DNA of 63,147 nucleotides, filler included, from Octopus bimaculoides (GCF_001194135.2; 5 parts of 5 records of this genome joined end to end with filler, not necessarily neighbours in it); one strand, 5' to 3'. Positions 12,727-24,790 are shown, counted from the first letter of the whole stretch. Program-made: numbers and translations. Notes: a model not told the origin generated them from the sequence alone.

Positions 12727-12924
12727 GTATGTGTGTAGAGATACGCATATACATCAAAGCTTTGGTGATATCACACTTCACATGACACACTGCCATCGTA
12801 TGGTCCTTTGCCTCAACAGATATGACGTAAATCTGCTGAAGATCATTGTGACCAACTTTCTGGATATCATTGTGAAGCCATGGCACGGATGAAACTACAG
12901 GCAGTAATTGTATATGTACATACA

Positions 12925-13295
12925 TACTTACTTACATTCATACATACATTCATACATACATACACACGTGCATTCATACATACATACATGCATACATACA
13001 TTCATACATACACACATTCATACATACACACATTCATACATACACACATACACATATACATTCATGCATGCATACATACACACATACAATCATACATACA
13101 TACACACATACATTCATACATACATACATTCATACATACACACATACATTCATTCATGCACACATACATACATACACACACATACATTCATACATGCATA
13201 CATACACACACACATACATTCATACACACACATACATTCATACATGCATACACACACACATACATGCATGCACATACACACACACACACACACAT
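12925..13295. repeat. Imperfect (CATA)n/(CA)n tract
   Basis: Read directly from the sequence. Confidence 0.95.
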
Positions 13296-13299
13296 ATAT

Positions 13300-13455
13300 A
13301 CATCATCATCACCGTTATTTAATGTTCTATTTTCCGTGCTGGCATGAAATGGATTGCTTGATAGGATCTAATGAGCAACAGGGTTGCTTTGAGTTCTTAA
13401 TCTCAGCATTGGAATAGTTTCTATGGCTAGATGCCCTTCCTAATACCAAAGATAC
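13300..13455 (-). mobile_element. SINE family D 3' part
   Basis: (CAT)n...TTTTCCGTGCTGGCATG...TTTCTATGGCTAGATGCCCTTCCTAATACC. Confidence 0.65.
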
Positions 13456-14129
13456 CTTTTGAAATGCCGGTGCACTTCCTAACCCTCCGCCACCATGACA
13501 GCTGTTTTGACATATGTATATATATGTATACACGTATCTTTGCATGTATGTATATATGCATGTGTGCATGTATATTTTTCAGATTTATTTTCAGTGTTTT
13601 TCTCCTTTTGAAGAAATGAAACCAGTCACAAACGAAATGGGAGGGCTCTTTTGTTCAAAACAAGATGCTTTTGGAGCTTGTGGTTACTTAGAATGGTTGA
13701 TGTAGATACGTATGTGTGCGTGAGGTGTATATGCATGTGTATAAACTTGAATTTATGGCTGTATGTATCATAATAGAACACAAATTTATGTTTCATTGTT
13801 GTTTATGTGTGTGCATTCCTATATATTCCAAATGTATATGCATGATTGAGAGCATGCATACATATCTGCATACATGCATGCATACACCATGACCACTACC
13901 ACCAAAACCACCATCACACACCAACACCACCAGCAATCCCCTACCTCCCACTATCACCACTTATTCATGTCACCTACAGAATGAAATCAAATCAACTAGT
14001 CTGAAGTATATCAAGATGGTGTATAAACCACACACTGATTTGCAAAGGTGTTACATAAGCAAAACAAAATTCAAATTATGCAACAGAAACAGCTCTATAG
14101 TAAAAACATTGTCAGCATAAATTAACATA

Positions 14130-14526
14130 GGCACAGGAGTGGCTGTGTGGTAAGTAGCTTGCCTACCAACCACATGGTCCCGGGTCCAGTCCCACTACAT
14201 GGCACCTTGGGCGAGTGTCTTCTACTATAGCCTTGGGCCGACCAAAGCCTTGTGAGTGGATTTGGTAGACGGAAACTGGAAGAAGCCCGCCGTATATGTA
14301 TATGTATATATATATGTATGTGTGTGTTTGTGTGTCAGTTTGTCCCCCCAGCATTGCTCGACAACTGATGCTGGTGTGTTTACGTCCCCGTAACTAAGCG
14401 GTTCGGCAAAAGACCGATAGAATAAGTACTAGGCTTACAAAGAATAAGTCCTGGGGTCGATTTGTTCGACCGAAGGCAGAACTCCAGCATGGCCGTAGCC
14501 AGATGTCTGAAACAAGTAAACGAATA
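14130..14526 (+). mobile_element. SINE family A, near full length, with internal (TA/TG)n tract
   Basis: Head GGCACAGGAGTGGCTGTGTGGTAAG...GGGTCCAGTCCC; body GTGAGTGGATTTGGTAGACGGAAACTG; tail GTCCCCGTAACTAAGCGGTTCGGC...CTGAAACAAGTAAA. Colinear with 51939-52346. Confidence 0.9.
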
Positions 14527-15456
14527 CACACACGCACCCCCACACACACATACACATATACATATATACATAGAAATGCATGTATTTTTGTATGTACATA
14601 TATGTGTATACATGTACATGTATGTGTATTTACGTATGTGTCCATATATGTGTANNNNNNNNNNCTCCAGCATGGCCGCAGTCAAATGACTGAAACAAGT
14701 AAAAGAGTAAACCACTGCACATAGTCAAAACACCAATAAGCAAAGCCTACAGCCGCCACCACCACTACCACCACCACCACTACCACCACCACTATGAGTA
14801 GCACTATCACTACCACCATAAGCATATATCTATATAATGCACACACACACACATGCTTAGGTACAAATGCACACACACACACACATGCTTAGGTACAAAT
14901 GCACACACACTATTAGAAACACCCATGCATACACAAATAACGATCTGCAGGTATATCCACACACCTTTGCCTTCATTCGGATATAGTTAAATATTTTTGT
15001 TATATGCAAGAGTAAGTTTCAACGTGTGTATGTAAATATATATGTGTGTGTGTGTTTCCATGCGAGAATAACTAATTGTATTTATGTATGTGTGTATTGT
15101 GACTGAGTGAAAAAGAAAGAGGGAGAAAGAAAAAAACAGAGTGAAAGAGAGAGAGAGAGAGAGATAGAATGGTTATAAAAACGTTGAAGAGAGACAAAAA
15201 GAAAGCTCATGAAAGATGGACAAAGGAAAAGAGAGTGACTAATTTGGGAACATGGGAGAGAGGGAGAGAGAGAGAAAGAGAAATGCATACATTTCACTTT
15301 TTCTCTCTCCCTCTCTCTCTCTATACATATATATCACTATATATGTATGTGTGTGTGTATGTATGTATGTATGTATGTATTATATATATGTATGTTTGCA
15401 TGTATATGTGTATGTATATTTATAGGCATCTCTCTCTCACTATATATATATATATA

Positions 15457-15487
<31 letters not shown>

Positions 15488-16451
15488 TGCAATCACATAC
15501 ATGTGCAAACAGCTTACACACAAACAGAGAAAGAGGGAAAGAAAGAAAAATAATGAGAAAAAGCAAATGAAAATGAATAATGGGGTCTGTGTCATGGAGA
15601 GAGAGAGAGATAGAGATAGAGAGAGGGAGAGAGAGACAAGGACAGAGAGAGAGAAAGAGAGACAGAGACTGAGAAAGAGAGACAGAATATATGAATGTAC
15701 ATTGTCAGTGCAAAAACTGCACCACTGCACCATCAGTGGGCGTGGCAGTACATATTGGATTGATCAATTATTCAGCTGCACACCTGTCCATGAAAACACC
15801 TGTTTGCTCTTCCTTAAGTTCCATTATTATAATACTGTTGTGAAAACAAGACAGATACAATCTCATTCTCATCTACATGCACACATACATACATTTGCAT
15901 GTGTGCGTATATATATATATATATNNNNNNNNNNNNNNNNNNNNNNNNNNNNNNNNNNNNNNNNNNNNNNNNNNNNNNNNNNNNNNNNNNNNNNNNNNNN
16001 NNNNNNNNNNNNNNNNNNNNNNNNNNNNNNNNNNNNNNNNNNNNNNNNNNNNNNNNNNNNNNNNNNNNNNNNNNNNNNNNNNNNNNNNNNNNNNNNNNNN
16101 NNNNNNNNNNNNNNNNNNNNNNNNNNNNNNNNNNNNNNNNNNNNNNNNNNNNNNNNNNNNNNNNNNNNNNNNNNNNNNNNNNNNNNNNNNNNNNNNNNNN
16201 NNNNNNNNNNNNNNNNNNNNNNNNNNNNNNNNNNNNNNNNNNNNNNNNNNNNNNNNNNNNNNNNNNNNNNNNNNNNNNNNNNNNNNNNNNNNNNNNNNNN
16301 NNNNNNNNNNNNNNNNNNNNNNNNNNNNNNNNNNNNNNNNNNNNNNNNNNNNNNNNNNNNNNNNNNNNNNNNNNNNNNNNNNNNNNNNNNNNNNNNNNNN
16401 NNNNNNNNNNNNNNNNNNNNNNNNNNNNNNNNNNNNNNNNNNNNNNNNNNN

Positions 16452-16509
<58 letters not shown>

Positions 16510-16513
<4 letters not shown>

Positions 16514-17385
16514 ATATATAAGTCCGTACGTACTTGCGGACATGTGATACGTACGTCCGTACGTACGTACATACCTGCACATGTACATGCGTATGTACCT
16601 GCCTACGTACCACCGTACGTACGTCCATACGCACCACCGTACGTACGTGCATACGTACCACCGTACGTACGTGCATACGTACCACCGTACGTACGTGCAT
16701 ACGTACCACCGTACGTACGTGCGTACATACTAGCATACGTACGTGCATAGGTACCTGCATAGTTACGTGTGTATGTACCTGCATACGTACTTTCGAACGT
16801 ATGTGCATACGTACATGCGTGCATACGTACATGGATACGTACATGCATTCGTACGTCCGTACGTACGTGCGTACGAACATGCTTACATACGTCCGTACTT
16901 ACGTGCATAGGTACGTGCGTCCGTACGTGCATACGTACGTGCGTACAACCGTCCGTAAGTATGTGCATACGTATGTACGTACGTCCGTACGAACTGCTTA
17001 CGTACGTGCGTACGTACGTGCATAGGTACGTGTGTACGTCCGTGCATACGTACTTGCGAACGTACGTGCATACGTACTTGCGTACGGACCTGCATACTTA
17101 CCTACGTAGTGCATATGTACGTCCGTACGTAGTGCATACGTACGGGCGTATGTACTTGCATACATACATACGAACGTGCATACGTACGTGCGTACGTACT
17201 TGCATACGTAAGTCTGTACGTGCATACGTACCTGCATACATACGTGCCTACGTACGTTTGTTCGTACGTGCATAGGTACGTCCGTACATAGTGCATACGT
17301 ACGTGCGACCGTACATAGTGCATACGTACGTACGTACCAATGGGCGTATGTACGCACATTCTTACGTAAGTACATAAGTACATAT
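16510..17385. repeat. CpG-rich complex satellite built from TACG/TGCA/TACA tetramers
   Basis: Read directly; includes about 4 tandem 24-bp units GTACCACCGTACGTACGTGCATAC near 16605-16725. Confidence 0.9.
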
Positions 17386-17388
17386 GAA

Positions 17389-17540
17389 GTTAGCGGTTCG
17401 GAAATGGACATCGCTAAAATGTCCCATCCCACCCATAACTTAGCTGTTCGACAATGGGATCGATAAAATGTCCCCGTAACTTAGCGTTTCGGCATTGGTG
17501 ATCGATAAAATGTCCCCGTAATCTAGCGGTTCGGCAATGA
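17389..17540 (+). repeat. About four tandem 40-bp copies of an internal SINE A segment
   Basis: Unit GTCCCCGTAACTTAGCGGTTCGGCAATGGTGATCGATAAAAT versus SINE A GTCCCCGTAACTTAGCGGTTCGGCAAAAGAGACCGATAGAAT. Confidence 0.85.
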
Positions 17541-17721
17541 GATTATTTACTTGAGTGGTAAGGCGATTTGATGTCTATCTTTAGCATATAGGAATCCACT
17601 ATAGGGGCAGTTTTGCTTATTAATTGTAATATATTTCAAATCATCAGATTTTTTTTAATATGCTAGACCACTGGTTTAAATTGTTAATTGATTCATATCA
17701 ATTTCTACCCTCATTATTTAA

Positions 17722-17764
<43 letters not shown>

Positions 17765-17894
17765 TATATATACACATATATATATATATAACTGTGTGTA
17801 TATATATATATATATGTGTGTATGTATGTATGTATGTATGTGTGTTTGTGTACCGTCTCGTCTCGATGACATTTGATGATTGTAAGTTAGTATC

Positions 17895-18085
17895 ATTGAC
17901 ACACAAGCAAGGTTATTTGTTTCTAGTCTTCCGTGAGAAAACATGAATGGGCTAGGAGAAGATATTACCTTACCTGGGAACAGGGGGAGGGCTGGAGCCA
18001 GGAAGGACATCCACCTGTAGAAAACACACCTCAACAAATTCTGGCTAAGCCATGCAAATAGACATTGACTGATGAATGATGGTGA
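17895..18085 (+). mobile_element. SINE 3' part with D-like tail
   Basis: AGATATTACCTTACCTGGGAACAGG...CCAGGAAGGACATCCACCTGTAGAAAA...CTCAACAAA then (GAT)n; related to the minus-strand copy at 23365-23470. Confidence 0.55.
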
Positions 18086-18652
18086 TGATGACGACAACGA
18101 CGATGACGATATATTTAAATATAGATATATAGCTGTATATGTGTGTGTATACATATATCGCACAAACACATACACACACAGAGACATAAATACTTACCTA
18201 CCTACACACACACATATACACATACATATATACATAAGCATATACATATATATATACATACACACACACACATATATATGTATATATATATACACACATA
18301 TACATGTATACATACACACACGTACACATGCACTTACTCACATATATATTCATACGTACGTACATACAATGAAATAATAACAAAAAGTGTTTTCATTCTG
18401 TTAATATTCGTCAAAGTAAGCAGAACTTGAAAATTTCGGTCAATCAATTAGAGGACAAACAGCATAGTGGACTAATGTTATTGCACAGAGGTGATTGTAG
18501 TATAGTGGTGATGGTGGTGGTGGTGGTGGTGGCAGTAAATGTTTCTTTGGAAAAACATGGCCGCAACATACTAACAAAAGCTGGAGTGAACAATACCAAT
18601 GATGGGTTTTCTGCTTACACTCTCCCTTTCTCTCACCCTCTCTTTCTTTATC

Positions 18653-18700
<48 letters not shown>

Positions 18701-18914
18701 ATATATATATATATATATATTTATGTGGAGAATGGAGCAACAGATACGAGAAGAAGCAGTTTTGTTGGGCTAGTTAGCCGTTGTTTTATTGTGGGACGGT
18801 ACCCGTACAGCTGATCCCCAAGAGTGCCTCCGGATTTAAACATCCCCTGGTTGCTTGGGTGCTTCAGACTACCCCTGAAGGATTGAGGCAACCCTATCAT
18901 TTACCTATATATAT

Positions 18915-19140
18915 ATATTCTTTTACTTTTTTCAGTCATTTGACTGTGGCCATGCTGGAACACTGCCTTTTTAGTCGAACAAATTGACCCCAAGACTTAT
19001 TTTGTGTAAGCCTTATTCTATTCTCTTGCTGAACTGCTAAGTTACAGGGACGCAAACGCACCAACATCGGTTGTAAAGCGATGGTGTGTGTGTGGGGGGG
19101 ATAAACAGACATACAAACATACACACACACACACACAAAG
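18915..19140 (-). mobile_element. SINE family A 3' half
   Basis: TTTTACT..TTCAGTCATTTGACTGTGGCCATGCTGGAACAC...CTAAGTTACAGGGACG. Confidence 0.85.
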
Positions 19141-19299
19141 TCCGTTTTTTTGCTTTATGTTCCCGTTCATTTTTCTGACGTCCTATACCTGGATATGCAT
19201 CTATATATACATGTAGATGTAGGTATGTACATATATGTTTGTATACATGCATATGCTCTTATATCATTTGTATTATATATATATATATATATATATATG

Positions 19300-19645
19300 T
19301 CCAGGAATGGCTGTGTAGTAAGAAGTTTTCTTCTCAACCACATGGCTTTGTGTTCAGTCCCATTATGCGCAACCTTGGGCAAATATCTTCTATAACCTTG
19401 GACCAACCAAAGCCTTGTGAGTGGATTTGGTAGAGGGAAACTGAAAGAGCCCATCATGTTTGTGTATGTGTGTGCATGTCTTTGTATTTGAGTTTGTCAC
19501 CCACCACCACCACCTGACAACCAGTATTTGTGTGTGTACTTCCCCGTAACATGGTGGTTTCACAAAAAAGACCAGTAAAGTATCAGGCTTAATAAGACAG
19601 GGGCACTGGGATCCATGACTGAAACAAGTAAAAGATGAGAGATAA
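19300..19645 (+). mobile_element. SINE family A, degenerate full length
   Basis: CAGGAATGGCTGTGTAGTAAG...GTGAGTGGATTTGGTAGA...CTGAAACAAGTAAAAG. Confidence 0.8.
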
Positions 19646-19664
19646 GAGATAAGACACTCCATGT

Positions 19665-19928
19665 GGAGACACGTGGCTTAGTGGTTAGGCTGTTGGATTC
19701 ATGATCGTGTAGAAAAAGATACTTGCTCAAGGTTTCGATTCCGGGACCGGGCGACATGTTGTGCTCTTGAGCAAAACCCTTCATTTCACATTATCCCTGT
19801 CCACTCAACTGGCAAAAAGGAGTAATCCTGCAATGGACTGGCATCCCATCCAGGTGGGGAATGTATACGCCATGAAACCAGGAAACTGGCCCTTATGAGC
19901 CAGGACGACTCGAGAAAGTAACTTTACC
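19665..19928 (+). mobile_element. SINE family B
   Basis: A-box TGGCTTAGTGG, GGTTTCGATTCC, TGTGCTCTTGAGCAAAAC, GATGGACTGGCATCCCATCCAGG-like segment; colinear with 2761-3010. Confidence 0.85.
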
Positions 19929-20104
19929 AATTTTTTTTTGGTATCATTCTATCCATGACCATCTAAAAAATGGTGAAGGAAGTCTTTCTTCTGATTCAGG
20001 AATAAAAACTATTTTGAAGAAATATTTGTTCATGTTTAAATATTCTCTATGTATTTGGTCAGTCATGAACGCTACTGGAACTTGCAAAAATGTAAAAAAC
20101 ATTA

Positions 20105-20225
20105 TGAAGGGCATCCAACCAACCAACCAAAGAACCTATGCCAAAGCAGACATTGGGGCCTGGAACACCAGCTCCCATTGAACTGTCCAACCCATGCGAA
20201 CATGGGAAATGAACGTGAAACAATG
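20105..20225 (+). mobile_element. SINE family D 3' part
   Basis: GAAGGGCATCC...CTGTCCAACCCATGCGAACATGGGAAATGAACGT. Confidence 0.6.
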
Positions 20226-20562
20226 ATAGATAGATAGATAGATAGGTAGATAGATGGATAGGTAGGTAGATAGATAGATATTATCTGTTACTGCTGAGTG
20301 TATAATTTATGATAGTCTTATCTATATAAAGCCTAGTGATTGTATATAGATAGTCCATAATGGCTCTGTGTGTGTATGGTCAGTGATAGTCATTGATAAA
20401 AGATATAGGTTGTAAACATTGATTCGGATCATTAAAACAGCACAGTTCAATACTTCTCCATCCTTGACCTGAATAAAATGGTAAATAAACTCAAAGGTAT
20501 ACACATATACACCATACCTTACCATGCCACACACACACACACACACACACACAAACTCCATG

Positions 20563-20604
<42 letters not shown>

Positions 20605-20718
20605 TATATGCATATACACACTCCATGCATATATATATATGCATGCATATGTGCATCTAAATCTATAAATTTATATATATATGTGTATATATATACATAT
20701 ACTTATATGTGAGTGTGT

Positions 20719-20809
<91 letters not shown>

Positions 20810-20990
20810 CATATATATGTATATATATATACATACACTCACACATGCACATAGACACACAAAAATCAATCAATAGACAAGGATATTGCTTAGGTCATCA
20901 ATATATATATGGTCATAAGCAGATAGTTGTGTGGCTACACGCACCGTATATACTTAGATGCATGTGCTGAATGTACGTATATACACACAC

Positions 20991-21023
<33 letters not shown>

Positions 21024-21901
21024 NNNNNNNNNNNNNNNNNNNNNNNNNNNNNNNNNNNNNNNNNNNNNNNNNNNNNNNNNNNNNNNNNNNNNNNNNNNNN
21101 NNNNNNNNNNNNNNNNNNNNNNNNNNNNNNNNNNNNNNNNNNNNNNNNNNNNNNNNNNNNNNNNNNNNNNNNNNNNNNNNNNNNNNNNNNNNNNNNNNNN
21201 NNNNNNNNNNNNNNNNNNNNNNNNNNNNNNNNNNNNNNNNNNNNNNNNNNNNNNNNNNNNNNNNNNNNNNNNNNNNNNNNNNNNNNNNNNNNNNNNNNNN
21301 NNNNNNNNNNNNNNNNNNNNNNNNNNNNNNNNNNNNNNNNNNNNNNNNNNNNNNNNNNNNNNNNNNNNNNNNNNNNNNNNNNNNNNNNNNNNNNNNNNNN
21401 NNNNNNNNNNNNNNNNNNNNNNNNNNNNNNNNNNNNNNNNNNNNNNNNNNNNNNNNNNNNNNNNNNNNNNNNNNNNNNNNNNNNNNNNNNNNNNNNNNNN
21501 NNNNNNNNNNNNNNNNNNNNNNNNNNNNNNNNNNNNNNNNNNNNNNNNNNNNNNNNNNNNNNNNNNNNNNNNNNNNNNNNNNNNNNNNNNNNNNNNNNNN
21601 NNAGTGAGATAATAGTTATGATATAATGATGAGGACGATGGTGGTGGTGGTGGTGGTGGTGGAGGTGGTTACAGCAGTGTTTGTATTTGTAATGGTGGTG
21701 GTGATGATGATGATGATGATGATGATGTCAATAATGGTGATTGCACTGCTGCTGTTGCTATTGCTGCTGCTGCTGCTGCTGATGATGATGTTGACAAGGA
21801 TGATTTATCTCGATGATGATGATAATGATTTTAATTGTCATGGTTGAAGTGTTGATGACTTGCTATGTTGTGTTCTGCATGCATGTGTGTATACACGCAC
21901 A

Positions 21902-22122
21902 ATCATCATCGTTTAACGTCCGCTTTCCATGCTAGCATGGGTTGGACGATTTGACTGAGAACTGGTGAAACCGGATGGCAACACCAGGTTCCAATCTAAA
22001 TTTGGCAGAGTTTCTACGGCTGGATGCCCTTTCTAACGCCAACCACGCAGAGAGTGTAGTGGGTGCTTTTACGTGTCACCTGCACGAAGGCCAGTCAGGC
22101 GATACTGGCAACGGCCAAGCAC
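21902..22122 (-). mobile_element. SINE family D
   Basis: (CAT)n CGTTTAACGTCCGCTTTCCATGCTAGCATGGGTTGGACG...GGCTGGATGCCCTTTCTAACGCCAACC...GGTGCTTTTACGTG. Confidence 0.9.
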
Positions 22123-22142
22123 AATATATATATAGATAGATA

Positions 22143-22368
22143 GGCGAGGTGGCAGAATCGTTAGCACGCCAGGCGAAATGCTTAATGGTATTTCGCCTGC
22201 CGCTACGTTCTGAGTTCAAATTCCGCTGAGGTCGACTTTGCCTTTCATCCTTTTCGGGGTTGATTGAATAAGTACCAGTTACACACTGGGGTCGATGTAA
22301 TCGACTTAGTCCTTTTGTCTGTCCTTGTTTGTCCCCTCTATGTTTAGCCCCTTGTGGGCAATAAAGAA
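22143..22368 (+). mobile_element. SINE family C, full length
   Basis: GGCGAGGTGGCAGAATCGTTAGC (A-box-like) ... GAGTTCAAATTCC (B-box) ... GGGCAATAAAGAA. Confidence 0.9.
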
Positions 22369-22400
<32 letters not shown>

Positions 22401-22597
22401 CTTGTGTATGTATATATATTTATACATACATATGTACATGCACACATATATATGTATAGATAGATAGATAGATACATATATACATATATTACATTACTTT
22501 TCTATAAAGCTTTCTATCTATAAATACATAACCACATGTATATGCATATATGTGTATGTATGCATGTGTATGCGCATTGTGCATATATATATATGCT

Positions 22598-22640
<43 letters not shown>

Positions 22641-22952
22641 TGAATTGTGGCAAGGTATGGACGGATTCCGGAATTCCAAGAAAATTATGTATAAATATAT
22701 CAAATTAAGAATTTTACGAGGTATAGTACAATGCAAAATACCAAACGGAACCTCACCTCTTATATCTCATCTTTCTTCCTCCTTTAACGCCTATGTGATA
22801 TAATTCTTGGGAGAGAATACATACATTTGCGGCTGAAGATAGCTTTATATTGTCAATTATACACTGATGTAACAACTATAAAGCTTGAAACACGTGTACC
22901 GCAGAATCCTTTGTGTTTTTGTTTTTATTTTTTTATTTTTGCATTTACAATT

Positions 22953-22986
<34 letters not shown>

Positions 22987-23364
22987 AACATACATACATA
23001 CATGTATACATATATATCAGTTCCCTAGCTCAACAGGTATATAACAACATGACTACCTAAACGCAGGGTCTTTAGCGAGACACCACTTTATGTGCGGATG
23101 TACCTGATTTGTCCCAGATTACAAAATAGATGCAACACATGTTGAATGGAGTCCCACCTGTAAGGGACAGTAGCAGAATGGGTCGAAGCGACTGTTGTAC
23201 AAAATAAAGATTAATACTTTTGTGAAATCGTCCAACTCATGATGATGATAATGATGATGATGATGATGATGATGTTGATGTTGATGTTGATAATGATATA
23301 TATATATATTTTTTACCACCACCACCACCACCATCATCATCTTCCTTCTCAATTTAATATCCAC

Positions 23365-23572
23365 TTTCCCATGTCTGCATCAGTCAGACAGTGTTTGTTG
23401 AGGCAGATTTTCTGTTGAGGTCAGATGCCCCTCTGGTTGCCAACACTCACCTATTTCCAAGCAAGCTAATATCTCCTCATGGCCAAGAATTTGAACTCGG
23501 AATGTAGCAGCAAACGAAATACTGCTAAGCATTTCACCTGGCATGCTAATGGTTCTACCAACACGCCACCTT
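23365..23572 (-). mobile_element. SINE with family C head and D-like tail
   Basis: Minus strand reads GGTGGCGTGTTGGTAGAACCATTAGCATGCCAGGTGAAATGCTTAGC...GAGTTCAAATTC, then TGGCAACCAGAGGGCATC...GCAGACATGGGAAAGTGG. Confidence 0.65.
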
Positions 23573-23595
23573 AGTAATAATAATAATAATGAGAC

Positions 23596-23930
23596 CATAA
23601 CCCGTGGCCTTTACCTGGGGTGTAGCCAGCCCACTTATGCGTACCTTTCCTTCTTTGGACACAAAACCTTGCTTGCAAAGACCTGTTGAGGCAAGTGAAA
23701 TCAAAATCGAAATTGGACCAAATTCGATGACTGGCACCCATGCCAACCTTCCTTCATTGGACACTAAACTCTGCTTGCGAAGACCTGTTGGGGCAAGTGA
23801 AATCGAAACTGAACCAAATTCGATGACTGGCACCCGTGCCAGTGGAGCGCTAATAGCACCATCCGAGCAGGATCACTGCCAGAGCAGCGGTCTCGCTTCC
23901 GTGCCGGTGGCAAGTAAAAAGCACCATTTG
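23596..23930 (+). mobile_element. SINE family D 5'/middle part with an internal tandem duplication of about 95-100 bp
   Basis: Two copies of CCTTC.TTGGACAC.AAAC..TGCTTGC.AAGACCTGTTG.GGCAAGTGAAATC...CCAAATTCGATGACTGGCACCC, then GGTGGCAAGTAAAAAGCACC as at 4840. Confidence 0.75.
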
Positions 23931-24354
23931 NNNNNNNNNNNNNNNNNNNNNNNNNNNNNNNNNNNNNNNNNNNNTTAATTAATTAANNNNNNNNNNNNNN
24001 NNNNNNNNNNNNNNNNNNNNNNNNNNNNNNATATATATATATATATAGACAGTCAGAGAGGTAGAAATAGACAGACGGACGAACGGACCGACAGACGTAT
24101 GAACTGACAAACAGAGAAATAGATTGCTCAGTGATAGACAGATAGATAGATCGGCAGATCGTTGTGTCATCAAAGACTGTTTCATTTCGTTGGATTATTC
24201 AATATTGTTGGCAGTGAAAATTCCAATTAACACTTGCAAGACCATCTCTAATTGCAGATGTCATTCTCAGAGATGTTTCTCAGCTAGATGTTCTTGCCAG
24301 TAGAAAAAGATACATTTTTGAGTGAGATGTGTCAGAATTCACAACTAGACATTA

Positions 24355-24790
24355 GCACTGTCATCATCATCATCATTGTCATCATCTTCGTCATCTTCAG
24401 CAGCAGCAACAGCAGCAGAGGCGGCAGCATCGTCACCGTCGTCTTCATGATCATAATCATGATCACCATCATCATCTTCAAAATTACCATTACTGCCATC
24501 ATCATCATCATCATCCTCATCATAACCATTACTATCGTCCCCATCACCACTACTACCATCTTAGTCATTATCATCATCATTATCATCATCATCATCGGCA
24601 TCATTACCACTGCTGTCATCATCATCATCATCATCACTCACCTCATCATCATCATCATCATCATCGTCATTATCATCGTCATCATCAACGTCATTATCAT
24701 TAATATCACCATCATCATCATCAATATCATCATCATCATCATCAACAGGATCACCGACATTTGTTCATTAACATCGTCTTCATCGCCACC
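24355..24790. repeat. Imperfect (CAT)n tract
   Basis: Read directly from the sequence. Confidence 0.95.

Noticed and set aside
13595-13705. Resemblance of KPVT..G...GACGYLEW to the Rho-GTPase C-terminal region
   Set aside because: Spacing is wrong, the conserved ECSA is absent, and no other G-box exons were found; probably chance.
14665-14712. Second SINE A 3' end just after the first
   Set aside because: It follows a 10-N gap and the SINE is high-copy; a real tandem copy cannot be told apart from a mis-join.
18793-18893. GC-richer island with an imperfect 45-nt hairpin (18849-18893)
   Set aside because: No snoRNA boxes, Sm site or ribozyme core, and the stem has several mismatches. Too weak to call an ncRNA.
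20322-20468. Strong minus-strand acceptor followed by [21 protein letters not shown] or [11 protein letters not shown] readings
   Set aside because: No convincing donor before the stop codons.
23931-24030. TTAATTAATTAA embedded in N-runs, four times (23975, 28983, 31255, 54263)
   Set aside because: Each is 44 N + 12 nt + 44 N = 100 bp, a synthetic scaffold-join linker with stops in all six frames. Not biological; adjacency across these joins is uncertain.
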